Shown here: one piece after another, positions 50,310 to 63,499 of the stretch
Numbering within the stretch: position 1 is the first letter of the stretch
How the letters are laid out: every line of letters starts with the position of its first letter
Assembly (NCBI RefSeq): GCF_036321535.1
Contig: NC_087436.1
Location: forward strand, 65,226,001 to 65,290,000
Length of the DNA stretch: 64,000 nt
DNA from: Camelus dromedarius
Lineage: Eukaryota
Reading direction: 5' to 3'
The notes under the pieces: model-generated
Databases searched by the model: none
Seen by the model: only the letters and a program-made list of their open reading frames with translations
Told to the model about the DNA's origin: nothing
Translations under genes and position numbers: made by a program

Positions 50310-50819
50310 GTCCACTTAGCACCTACTCCTCTTCTCTTCTCCCGTTAGAACCTCAGTTTTGCTCAGCTAGTGCCTGTGGGGAAGCTGATCCCCTCCCAGC
50401 TCACCTCAGATGAGGCCTGCTTGTTCTAAGGGGAAGTTGATTCCCTTTATTTGTATTTGGCTTAGAAAATGGGTTTATGACCCATATTTAGCCAGTAATT
50501 CATGAGAAAACTCTGTTAAGGGTATCTGGGGAAAAAATTTTGCTGCATGAAGAGCAGGTCTCTTTTTTTCTGGGATGCATTCAAATCTACGTATGATGCT
50601 TAGAATTGCTTTACACAGACTATAAAACAAAGCTGAGAATGACATTACAAGGAAATAAAAGTAATCTATGTCTTTGGTGGCATCAGGAAGCCACTGAATC
50701 AAATAAATCTGAAACTTGCCCTACCTTGGGACTTCCTGTTATGGAAGAATATACTTATTTCATAAACCATTGTAAGTCAGGAGCTTTGTTACTTATGGTG
50801 AAGCCATCCTATTGATGCA
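50310..50819 (+). mobile_element. Old MaLR LTR (MLT1J/K-like)
   Basis: gggaagctgatcccctcccagctc...cttgggacttcctgttatg...ctttgttacttatggtgaagccatcctattgatgca. Confidence 0.7.
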
Positions 50820-52399
50820 CGAGGGGAACCAACATTTTCAATGGATGATTAAAAGAATCTGAAGTCATGCTGCCTTTCTTGTGGAAATATTAAAAATAAA
50901 TAAATGAAATTGCAATACTTCATCTTTGCTTATGGGCCTGAAGCCATCTCCTCCATGTGAATGAAACAGAGCAGCAGCAAATTTTGATGTATTGGCCAAA
51001 ACTCTGGATACTACTTAAGACTCTAAGACATAGGCTTGAGTTAGGAAGCAAACTCTCTTCCCAAGAGAACTGATAATATTATTCTAGGAAAGGAAACTGC
51101 TTAGAGTCTCAGACAGAGAGACTTGGAATAAAGTTTGTTTATGGGATGGAGCAGAAGACTTGAACTTGAGGACAGGTGGACAAAGTTAGGAGCAAAGCAA
51201 ACTTGCACTGGAAATTCCCAGGCGGAGCAGGCATGCACAGATAATACTGTCTTTAAAAATGTTAGTGAAATGTTCGAGTTAGTTAGAAATTTCACCTTTG
51301 TTCTGTGGCATTGGAACTTTTTTTCTGAGTCATTTGTATTTTGTATGAAATCTGAGTGTGTTATTTTGTCGAGGTTAAGGAGGTACGCTCGTAAGGGGGA
51401 GAGGCACCTCTTATACCTTTAACTCTCCCACAATCCTACAGAGATGGGATTTTTTTTTTCCACAAGGAGAACTAAAGCTCAATTTGCCAGGTTGATTAGT
51501 GATAGCAGAGGAAAGAGACTCGAAATCCTAGAAAAACTTCTGAGAGGGACATATACAAGGAAAGAAAGGAAAGGGCTCAGCAAACGTCTTGTCTACATAA
51601 TAATCAGAAAGTAATTCCTGCCTAGCAGATAGTAATACTTGCCAGAATATTTAGAAACATAATGAAGTGCTAATCTCAGTGTTCACTTAGGCTTTGTAAA
51701 ATAAATTGTCCATTTTAATTTTAATTCTAGTTTTGAACCATAGAGACAAATACATGAAGAAGTTGTGTGTGATCTTCAGTGAAAGTTTTTTTTTTTTAAC
51801 TCCTTTGCCCATGCCCTGATGTTGGTGTTAAACTGTGAAACTCAAAAGTTCTTTTAAGTGGATGTAATTCTTGAATGAGTTAGGTTATCTTAAAGAGTAA
51901 TGCCTGAGTCAGTTTGTTTTGTGACATTGGAGACTAGTGGATAATAAGACATGTTTCAGGAGGATAATCGAGAGTATAAAAGGAAATCCTGTGTCCCAGA
52001 GACTCAAAGTAGACCCTCAGTCTAAAGAGAGAACTAGAATCATTTTGTCCCTGTTAAAAGTGAGAGAGAACTCTAATGGAAATAATGAAAAGTTAAATCA
52101 GGAAGATAGTTAAAAACAAAAAAAGGCCTTTAGGTGAAAATAGAAATTAAGGCTTAAAGGACAGAGAAATGATTTGCTGATTGGGTGAGATTAAAATTTT
52201 AATGTTGTTTCAGTAAGAGTTTTCATATTATTTTATTTAGAATTAGCCGCAAGTAGCTGTCTTTCCAGTGTTAAAGTCAAGATAAATTGTTTCCTGTTCT
52301 TCTTACTTGAAAGAAGTTTGAATAAGTGGATACGTTAAGGTTGTATCACTGTCAGGTTGGTTACCTCCAGTGATTTAGGCAAGACGTAGATACTCAGTG

Positions 52400-52530
52400 T
52401 GTCTGGTCAAACTTTTCATTTTCCAGATGAGGAAACCTAGGTTCAGAAAACTTAACAGACATGAAGGCAGCTATCTGGTGGAAGAATCAAGACTAAACAT
52501 ATGATTTCCAACTCCTGGAGAGCTTATATC
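52400..52530 (-). mobile_element. MIR SINE fragment
   Basis: cattttccagatgaggaaacctaggttcagaaa. Confidence 0.65.
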
Positions 52531-52952
52531 TGACAGTTCCTTTTTCCAGTGCCCGATTTCATCTTTGAACTCCCCAATCCAAAATCTGACTTTCCTTGAA
52601 TTCCTTTATTCCTTGTGAATACCTTTTGTTTAAAAATTATTTTAATCAAGCTATCACAGACAAAAGTGGTAAGAGAGATGCTAGACTGGTATTGGCTTTT
52701 ATTGTCACGTAGAGAGCATAAGCATCAAAATAATGACTTATGATGTGATATGTTGAAATAAATATACACGTCACTTCTCTCAGGACCTTTTAGTTTGTGA
52801 TCACAGTTCCCACTTGTTAACTTAAAAGACCAGCAATTTGTTGAACTTGTGTCTTTAAGTATCTTTACTGTTTTTTCAGGGGGTTTCCGTGGAGCAGCAG
52901 TGGACATCCAATGATTTTCTTTGAGGGTACCAAATAAAAAGGACACTTAAAA

Positions 52953-53374
52953 AAGTTTCCTAAAACTGCTATAATAAATGACCACAACTGGGTGGCTTAA
53001 GACAACAGAAATTTATTCTCTCATTGCTTTGGAGGTTAGAATTCCGAAAGCAAAATTTGGACAAACTTGGTTCCTTCTTGGTCACTCGAGGGAGGATCTG
53101 TTTCATGCCTGTCTCTTAGCTTCTGTTGGTTGCTCGCAATCCTCAACATTCCTTTACTTCCAGAGGCACCACTTTAACCTCTGACTCTGTTACCCTTGGC
53201 ATTCTTCTCTCTGTGTATCTGTGTCTCCCCTCTTATAAGGGCACCAGCCATATCAGATTGGGATCCTCATCTGAACTTGATAACATCCTCAAAGACCCAA
53301 ATATGATCACCTTCACATATACTGGGAGCTAGTCTCAACATATCTTTTTGGAGAATGCAATTCACACCATAGCA
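52953..53374 (-). mobile_element. MaLR solo LTR (MLT1B/C-like)
   Basis: actgctataataaatgaccacaactgggtggcttaagacaacagaaatttattctctca...tcttataagggcaccagccatat...caattcacaccatagca. Confidence 0.88.
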
Positions 53375-56300
53375 AGTACCAATATATTTACTCTGATCCA
53401 TGTTAGACCTTTCAGAATTAAATCTTAAATCATTGAATGTTTTGCACAATATCTATGAAAAGTACACATTAAGGTTTTATTAGCTACTACCTGTATTCAT
53501 CCACCTAAATGCTCAATACAAGTGACTCTATTGCTTGATTAACAACTGATACCTTGTTGAGTGTAATGTTACAAAGGGACAGAGTGTGGACAGGTGTTCT
53601 GAAGAGAGAAGGGAGATACTAACATCTAAATGACGAATCTAAGACAACTCTCACAATCATGATTTGGGATTTGTGGCCAGCTCACAACCTTTAAAGTTCG
53701 TTTCGTTTTCTCTGCTGCACATTTTAGAAAAGGATGTTTATTCACCTTCTGTTTTTTTAACTGAGACCAGATCTGTTGCATATATGCAAGGAGTTTTGTG
53801 ATAGAAATAGCAGCATTACATAACACTAGACTTTTTCTTTAAGTTCAAGCATTATCATCTTGAGGAATTATGGGAAGAGAAAAATTCTACCAAAGGAAGC
53901 TGTTAAAGACAGCTGCAAAGGAAAATACAAAATGTTTGTGTTAGTTTGATTATTTAACCTATCTAGAAAAACCTGTTTGTAAAATAAAGAGAATCTGTTA
54001 TTCAAAGATGTTTTTAAATAATAAATACTGATAAGTTTTCAAATCTGAATTCTGAAGTTCAGCTTTGTGATGTTTATTTTAGAAACTATTTTCAAAGTAA
54101 TATAGTAAGGAGACTTTTCCTTTCCCAGGAACCACAAAATCATAAGGGGACTTCAGCATGTAAGGTGATATTTAAGTAGAGAAGATTAGCATCCCTGAGA
54201 TATTCTAAATCTGACATCTAGAAGTCTGCATTCAAATAGAGGATTAAAGTGGCCCTGCTGAGCCTATCTGCTGTGGACTGGATGGGCATACTGATAAATA
54301 AAGTATATTTTGAGGCAAGATAATTTTTTGTTCTTTAAGCTTGTCAGAGATTAATGACTATAGGCAATTGTTGGCAATCTTTTATTCTTACTTCCTCTAT
54401 TGTGAACTCTTGACTAGAATTGCTTGTGATTATATTAATGAATCTAGATCTTTTACTTTACAATATGAAAATAGCTCAAGGAAAATATGATTTTATTCAT
54501 TTATTTATAATTATGAAGATTTAAAATATATAGTTACAGTATGAATTATGTTATCAATTTGTATCATCACATGAAGTATTCATTTATATTGAAAATAATA
54601 TAAATATAAATATATTGTGTTAGATATTATATAGTGGAAAAACTTTGTGCAGGCTTTTTTTTTTGTCACCATAGGTTTAATTCTGCTCTACAGTGTTTAT
54701 TTGTAAGTACAGATTTGGATGTTTTCTTGTAGATAGGTAGGCTTTTCTGGTCCAGTTTTAAAAGCATTTTTAAAGCTTTCTAATATCCAATTGGTTTTCA
54801 TAGCTTATCATTTTTATTGTTATTGTATTATATTTTGCCATTTGTACATTTTCCTGCTATCACTCATTTTTAAATTATTTGATATTTCCTAATTTATTCA
54901 TTTTCTATACCTCCATGTATGGATCTTATTATTTTTGTTTATTCTGTAATATTAAATCCATATTTTAAAAATCTATCTTATTAATATTGAATCTGAGAAT
55001 CTAAATAGTAATGCCAAGCAAATTTCCAAGAGGATTTAGGTAGAAGCTTATGTTTGTAGAAGAACAGCCCCATTTTTTCTGCTTTATTCTACTTCTTTAT
55101 TGGGTTTTATTTATATCTGACCATTTTGCATCTCATCTTTAATTTTATACATAGGAAGCTTTGCTTTCTCTCAAAGTATTTTTTATTCAAAAAATAACAA
55201 GAACTGTAGTTCTGTATTACACTGTGGAAGTGCAGATATTACTAGCATTTTCATAGGTCAACACCCATATATTAAATATTTTGGAACATCCAAGTAAAAG
55301 CACACGTTTACAAATTTTCTAATATGCTGTATCAAGAAGTCTGGAGTGGGGAGAGAAAATAAGAATTCTTCAAAATGTGCTTAATTATTATCTCTGGGCA
55401 ATATAGTTTTATTTCATCTTTCAAACTAGAAAATGTTCTTTCCTACAGTGATTAGAAAAGTAAGATCATTCATTTTGGAGTTTAGAGCTGCTTCAGAATA
55501 TAAGCACAAGTAAATATTTTAGAAAGCTCATGTGCCCATGCCTGGCCTCTTCTCCCAGCACACGCAAGTGTATTTGTGTGCACACAGTCATACACCATTT
55601 TGGGTAGGTATTGCCTCATCTCTGGATAGCTCAGTGTTCACCCAGCAGAAGTGTGTTTAGTCCATCAACATTAGATGAAAACCTGTAAAATAGTTACTAG
55701 TGAGCCACACGTGAGATGTGGCAAGGAATAAACACGTGGGGGGAATAGAATATTCTGAGAAGAGCATGTAGCTCCTGAGCGTTGGAGAGGAGTTCTAGAC
55801 TGACCCTTGGGGATGTCAGTTCTATCTGGCTTCAGTTCTGACGATGTCTGGTGACCCGATAGGGAAGATGTGCCAGAGCTAATTAGGATACGTAAGAATC
55901 TCCTGGAGAAAATCCTCCTAAGGAATTCACACATGGTCAAGTAACAGTACTATTCCGTGACTGGAAGGTTGGGTGATTGGGAATGCCACATTCTGGATGT
56001 CTCACTAGGGTTTTTCTTCCTACCTAGCACCCTGTGATCTTCCCACCCAGCACAATAGCTTTTTCTTAAAAAACTTAATGTTTTGATACTAATGTGGTAA
56101 ATTGCAACACAGAATGATGAGAGTATAACTGATTGACTTCTGTAGGAAGCATTTCATATCTTTCATTCCTTCTACGTATAAATGCTTCCTAGGCTGCAGC
56201 ACTCTGCTACGGAAAGTTTCCAACAGTTCAGAGTGCCTGTGATCCCAGTGAAAGTGCCAGGGCCCAGTTAAAAAAAAAATAAAAAACAACCACAGTACCA

Positions 56301-59300
56301 GAAAAACATAAGTGTGCCTGTGTTATACAAGCGTGTTATCTGTAGTACATTATAGTGCCCTGTGGAAGAGTTTGTCAGTAAACAAAGAGGAAAAATTGTA
56401 GGTTGCCTTATGATAACTGAACATGAGGTTCTCATTAATGAACTCATGTGAGACATCTTCAAGCAACATAGGGACTTTTCTAAAGGCTAGTGTCCTTCTT
56501 GGGTGGGAGCAAGAATCAGAGAAAAGTGGGAGGAACAGATAAATAAGTGAAGGTGATTGACAGATGATACATAAATGGTTGATGGATCAATAAAGACAGA
56601 TAAACTTTGGATATTTTGGAAAAGCAAGTAAGAAAAAAAGGAAATAAATCTATATTGTCTAGTTGTATGCTATTCTATGGTATGGCAAAAATTTAACTAT
56701 AAGCCATTTTTTTGAACTATGAAAATAGTCTTTTCATACCTATGGGATATATGGTTGGTGCTGATATTTTTGGTGTCCGCTTATATGGCATATGTAAAGA
56801 AACTTAAAGGAATTTACCAAACTGTCTTCTGTGTCTGTTTCCTTTTGTTTCACTTTGTGAAATTAATATAACCATCCTGAGCTCCCCATAGAGCCATGTG
56901 TGACTTCAGAGGCTAAGACATTGAAAAAGGATGCAGAAATATTAATCCCAGGACCAGGCATGCTCTGGTCTCAGGAACCATGCTTTTTTCAGAGAATGCT
57001 AGCATATAGTTAGTATGCGTGTGCCTGCCTGAGCAAGTGAGGTAAGAAATAGTCTGGGAAGGAAGAGTCAGCTGTCCAGGCTGTGGGTTGCCATAGAATT
57101 GCAGCTTGAGGTAATCATGTTGGAATAGTTTAGCCCAAGATCTGGGGTTAAGGAAATAGTGAGATCTCTGCTAACATCCAAGATACACTGAAGAAATTTG
57201 TCCAAGATCACTCAGCTAAAAAGTGTCAGATCTTAGAATTGAAAGTAGGACCTTTCTCTTATTTCTGTATTTCCGTGAGTGCTTCCTTATAAACTACAAC
57301 TTCGATTAAACAAATAAAAACTTTCTGATTAAAGTCCTCTAACAAATTCCTTATCTCTAGATAAAACCAAATGTTTACAACATAGACCTTAGCTACCTTT
57401 CTACCAGTGTTTGAAAATGAGGTATTTATTGATCACCTCCAGGTGTTCCAGCATCCAGTGCCATTTGACTCAAATGACTCTCCCACCTTTGATCTCCTTG
57501 AAAAGTCTGTTTTTAGGCTGCTGCTCAAAATATCTGCTTATGTGAAAATTTACTCAGGATTTCAGTAACAGTTAAGTGCCTCCTTTTATGTGTTCCTGAG
57601 TACCTTCTTATTCTACCTTTGTCAGAGTTTGCATTAGTTTTGATAGAGCTATGGCATTTTTTTTCTTCATTTGAAAGAAAATATCATCTAAAAATAGAAG
57701 ATAATGCATTATGGGTGTGGTAGATGAAATAAAGTCAACACAAATGAAAATCAGTAGACCCAAGCCCAAAGAAAATACCTTGTTCCTGCAGTAAAAATTT
57801 AGTGAATGAATATTAGTGAATATAAAATGTTTACATCCACAAAATTTTATTTTTAGGATTTCCAGCTTTGGGGGATTTAAACAAAATAACCAACTATTGA
57901 TTTGGATAAGAAGCCATCTACTGTGCTTAGTAAATGTTTATTTGATTGAAGTTAATCTAATAAAGTTCTTGGAGTCCAAAGTTTCATGGGAAGGAGGATA
58001 GATATTTAAAATAGATTCATTTGAAAACCTTGAGAATATAGTCAGAATAGAATATTCTTTGCCAGTGATATTAGAAGTATGGAAATAGATGGCTTGAGAC
58101 AGTCTACATACAAGCAAGTTTAATTCCCAGTAGCTGAAATATTCTACAAACTCTTCATCTTCTTTCATTCTGACAAAATGCTAGTAAAACAATGTTGCTG
58201 TTGCTTACTGAATTCCCCAGACACTTTGAAATTAGGAAGGAGATCTCAGTTTATGAATACAACTATTCCACTATGTTTTTAGTTACAAGTAAATAGATAT
58301 TCTGGTTAGGATATCACTTTCTATAAATTTATTTCAAGTTTATATGAAATATAAATCATATGGAATGTCATCATTTATAAATAATCTGATAAATTTGATT
58401 GACAGTAAAACTTTAGTGTCTCTTATTAAGAGAAGACAACCTCTGATGGATACACACTCTGTTTTCTTTTAAACCCAAATCACAAAAATACTAATCGCAT
58501 GTTAGACATCGAAGAGATGAATGTAATTCTGTATCAAATATGCACACATGGAGCTGTTGAATATATTAATGCATATGACTTTGATATACTCACACTTCTA
58601 TATGGATAAAACTTCTGGTGCTGGGAAATAGGTGAGATCCTATTCTAACATCTTTCAAGTTTCAGTTGATCAAAATGCATTTTATAGGTAGTGGAAAATT
58701 TAACACCAGCAATAAAACTGAAGAGAAAAGAGTTTCTTTCAAGGGCAAACCACTATTAGATATTTTATATGCTTATTATGGTTGAAATTGGCAAATCACC
58801 TATGAATTTAAGCTTGGGTTTGAAATCTGATATCAGAAAATGATCTAGGTCATATTTGAAAGTCTAATTCTCTGTATGTATTCAGTAATTCTCATTCGCT
58901 TCAAACTCCCTGGACTAATATTAAATTGATAATATCCTAAAAAGTTGAGTATTACATGGTTTTCTGATGACTTACACATTTGACATCAAGGTACACAACA
59001 AAGAACAGGTTATATATATAACATATAATTATAAAGATTTTATATGTGTGCGTGGGTATGTGTATGTATATATGTATGATCTTTACAACTTTACAACATA
59101 CTATTTAATGTTAGATGTTAGATTTGGCTTTAAAGTGAGGTTTTATATCTTTTATTTTCTTCATAAAAAGAGCATATGTTTCATTCATTAAGAAACAATT
59201 GCTATGTGTACTGAAATAAACTTTTGAAGTTTACTGTCTCATGAAAATTTGATCCTTTGAAACTGTCTTGGAAAAATAAGTTATTAAAAATAAATTTCAG

Positions 59301-59734
59301 AGCACAGAACTTTATTTTAAAGTCAGAAGACTTATTCTTCAAAATAAATGCATCAAAAATTTACAGTATTTATTCCTTTTTTCTTGATCTTAGAGTCTCA
59401 GAATAATAAATAAACCTCTGTTTTTCAACTAACACTTCCCTCACTACAGACTCCAAGTTAAACCAGAATTTCTAGAACCAGTAAACCTGTAGGTTTGTTA
59501 TACTGAACCAAAATTATTTTTACTTAATGGAGGGGGAAAGTGGGACAAATTTTTGAGCTTAGTTTTCTTAGATTGTCTAATTTTAGATTAGATATCTAAT
59601 TTTCATTGGCATTAGGGTTAATTAATTATGCTATACATTTTTTAATGCAATAAATTTGTTTTCTAGAAGCAGGCCATTTAAAAATGATATAAACAATACA
59701 GTTGGTTTTATATGTTTAAAAAGTAACCACAATG

Positions 59735-59970
59735 ATAATAATAGCTGATACTTACTATACAATTATTAAGGACCAGACAACTCTTCTAAGACACTTAAAT
59801 GTGTTAATTCATGTAATTTTCACTACAATGCTTTGACCTGGATTAATACTGTTAACCTTTAAAGGTAAAGAGGTTGACACATGGAGTAGTATCTTGGCCA
59901 ATAGCACACAGCTAATATGTGGAGGACTCAGTATACAAATGGAAGCAGTCCAGTCAAGAGTTGACTCTGG
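59735..59970 (-). mobile_element. MIR SINE
   Basis: ataataatagctgatacttacta...gtgttaattcatgtaattttcactacaa...tcttggccaatagcacacagctaatatgtggagg. Confidence 0.75.
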
Positions 59971-62606
59971 CATCTTCAAAAGTCAACAAGAAAAAGTTTC
60001 AATATAGACAAACACAAAAATGAACTTCTTAAAAGTATAATACTTCTAACTTCTCCACATTTTGTACAATGAACTATTTTTGTATAATATTTACCAAAGG
60101 CAATATTCTTTGTTCCAAGGAACACATATAAAGAATTTCAACTTGTATTTCAATAACATTAGTGCTTTTCAATTGTTTTTTGAAGTAGACAGGTAATAAA
60201 TCATAAATTATAAAATTGTTTCTGTTTTTTAATCTCCTTTTCTGTCTAAGAATTGCCTTAAAATTTTCCATCATAGACACAAGTCTTGAGTCTTTAGGTC
60301 ATCAATAGCTCACTGGATAGAAATTCTTCTGTCTGGCACTTAGAGTTGAATAAAACTACTGGATAAGCAGAAAATAAAAGTTTAAGATAAGATTGGAATA
60401 GAAACTTGAAGTGTTGTGTGAAAGTAAAGGGGAAAAAAGGGAAAGAATAGCATAATGAAGAACAAACAATAAAAATTAAGAAATAAAAAGGATAAAGGGA
60501 GAAATCTGTGTTCTGGACAATCTTTTGTCCAAGGTCAACTGTTACAGCATAAGGGAAGCAGACTATTTTCTGTTCATAACCAAGAGAAAGGGGCATTCTT
60601 TTTGGAAATTTGCAGTCAAGTGGATAAAAACAAATCAAAATATCTCTGATTAGTTGGCATAGATAGATTGATCAATGAACAAATCTAGGTAAATTAAAGC
60701 ATGTAATTCATGTAAAATGGCTTAAAGTAGTGTTTTGATAAACTTTATTGAAGTTTCTCTTAGAAATTACCAACAACCTTCTGAAATACTGTACTAAAAT
60801 GCCACTTCTACCAAGAACTCAACTGACCTGCAAAGGGTTATAAAATACCATTGTTCTGGCTAAAAGCAAATTTATAAATGCCACGTCTTTCCTATCCTGA
60901 CAGATAATTCCTTCTTCTTCAAAGTTCTCCTAATTTCATTAAAAATAGTATAATGCTTATAATGAGTAACTTACATTCTTGTAATTTTAATACTATTTCC
61001 TGTCTTATCTGACTACCTTAATTCTATTTTAAAGGACAAATTCAAGTTCAAATTCACTTGTGAATCATGCCACATATATGATTTGCTTACAAACTCTTAG
61101 TTAGGTTATTGTTTCCTTAAATCAAATGAAAGAATCTTGGTATCTGGTCACACGTCCTTTTCCAAGGTTTCTGGCATGGAGGGATATAATAGACACTAAA
61201 ATATATGTTAATTGTGTGATTTGTATCTCTACAAGTCTGACTGCAATAAAATCTACCAAAAGGGCTTATCAATAATCCTGTAAACTTGTTTTCTTACCTG
61301 AGAAGGATAAAAATAAATAAAAGACATAAGTTCCCTTCTCAAAGAGGTTATTTTGAAAGACAAAAGAGAATATTTCCTACAATGAATTATTAGTGTCTGA
61401 TGAATTCTCTTCTAATTCCATTTAATACACCTACAGAATTTCATTGAAATATTTAAAAATTCAGCAACACTATACAGAGAAATTTAAATACAACAATGTG
61501 AATAATGAGATTTTGATTAAGAGGAGCTGAATGAAAAAACACATTCCAGGATTTTCCTTTGAGAAAATAAAAATTTAAGAGTGACTTCAAATAATATAGC
61601 AAAATAACTGCTACTGATTGTTAAATTCTGTTAGGGATACTCCACCCCCTACCTCAAAATATCAACTTTTATTATGTCTATAAAGCGAGGAAAAGTCCCT
61701 GTATTTTACAGAGCTGGAGTTAGAAAAGGTTAATGTAAGTTTCATAGGAAAATCCAGGAGTTTGAACGCTTCCATGAACTCTAAGTAGATTAAAATCCAA
61801 AATTTGTATCATGGCTTATAAGACTCCAACTATCCAACTTCAGATTTTAAAGTTCTTTCATTTATTCCTAGGCACTGGTCCCTTTCTGGTTCTCCGTAGG
61901 ACAAGATCACTCTTGACCTTGATCTTGTCTGTTATGTTGACCTGTAATATTGATCTACTGATGTCTCTATAGTCTAATTCTGTCACCAAGGGTTGAACAG
62001 AGTGATTGCTGTTGTGTAACTCTCAAAGAAAATTAAATACCCGTATCTTTACCCACCAGAGCATAGTCACCACTCATCTCTCCACCAGTTATTTTGGAAC
62101 CAAATTGTTGGCTTTTTCTCTTTATCACCACTGGATAACATCTCTGCAGGTTTCCAGAGCTTTTACAACCAATCTGGGGTATAAAGGCAGTCTCTAATTT
62201 AGGTATGAAGAATTTCAGTTCAATCTAAAGTTTAATCTCATAACTCATATACAGATTTTCCCTTTGTCCCTGGCCTGGGATTGATATTTTACAACAGGAA
62301 TGGGGGAGGAAGTTATGTCTTTCTTGCTTCTCCTGAAGGGACATTGTAATCTGGCATTGTTGCCCTCTGTGTGATAGATAACCAAATATTGGTTAATTAT
62401 TTTATTTATTATTTATTATTTATTATTGGTTAATTATTTTATTTCATTTTATTTTTTAGTGTTAAAATGGTGATTTAATTAAATTAAGTTATACATGTAT
62501 ACGTCTGTATGCATGTGTGTGTAACATCACAATATAAGCAGTAGTGGTAACAGAATCTTGGAGATACTAGCCCAGTTATTTTTCTTTTAAAAATTTTTTT
62601 CTTTTC

Positions 62607-62680
62607 TGTGTGTGTGTGTGTGTATGTATATATATATATATAAATATATATATATAAATATATATATATAAATATATATA
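62607..62680. repeat. Compound (TG)n(TA)n microsatellite in the tail position of an L1
   Basis: Seen directly. Confidence 0.95.
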
Positions 62681-62763
62681 TTTACTGAAATATAGTCAGT
62701 TGTGTCAATTTCTACTGTACAGCATAATTATTCACTCTTACATTAACATACATATATTCATTT
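62681..62763 (-). mobile_element. Young L1 extreme 3' end
   Basis: Reverse reads aaatgaatatatgtatgttaatgtaagagtgaataattatgctgtacagtagaaattgacacaactgactatatttcagtaaa, similar to the L1 ends at 19173-19250 and 50161-50230. Confidence 0.88.
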
Positions 62764-62944
62764 TTGGTTAATTATTGTAGGAACAATTAAATGCTGGTTA
62801 CAGAATATAAGGAAATAAAGCTTTAGAAAAAAACATTTTGTCAGAAAAAAATCAAAATGACTCCTCTCCTATAATGAAATATCTGTAAGGGAAGGTCTCT
62901 TCATATGTGTAAACTTCCTGGTCCAATCTGATACAATTATAGCA

Positions 62945-63017
62945 GTATAAACATTGTACACTTTAAACTTGCACAATGTTGTAAGTCAATTATTTCTCAG
63001 TAAAGGTGGAAAATAAA
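62945..63017 (+). mobile_element. Short L1 3'-terminal fragment
   Basis: cattgtacactttaaacttgcacaatgttgtaagtcaattatttctcagtaaaggtggaaaa. Confidence 0.75.
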
Positions 63018-63499
63018 CCTCAGTATATCACAGAGTACATGATTTTGGGTGATATTTATGTTGGGATCTATCTCTATTTGGTGGGCCAAAGAACTTCTAA
63101 GCCTGGTAGAGAAGTAAGAGACCTCACACAGGCTGAATAATTCATACTACTAATACGTGACCCAGACAGCTATGCTAGAAGAACAGAGTGAACTCAATGA
63201 AGGAGAGACAAGGTAGTACTGGAAAACCATATGGAATAGGGAGGGTGCATCTGAAAAAGTTAGAGACAGCAGCAACAGGGAACTATTATGTTCTGTCAGC
63301 TGTAGATACTCTAAGAATGTCCTTGTTCTTGAACAGAATTTTGAGGTTAGACACTGTAGGTAACAGGAGATAACACTATGCAATGCTTCTTAATGTGTGC
63401 TTGAAATTTAGGAGTTTGTTGGTTTGCAAAGCTGGAAGAAAATCAGGTTTTAGAAATAATTTCTGTATTCTACTTCTCCAACTCTTTTGTTTCTTGTTC

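Noticed and set aside
60294..60638. 114-aa minus-strand ORF
   Set aside because: F/L/S-rich translation of an A-rich plus strand; no domain or splice support
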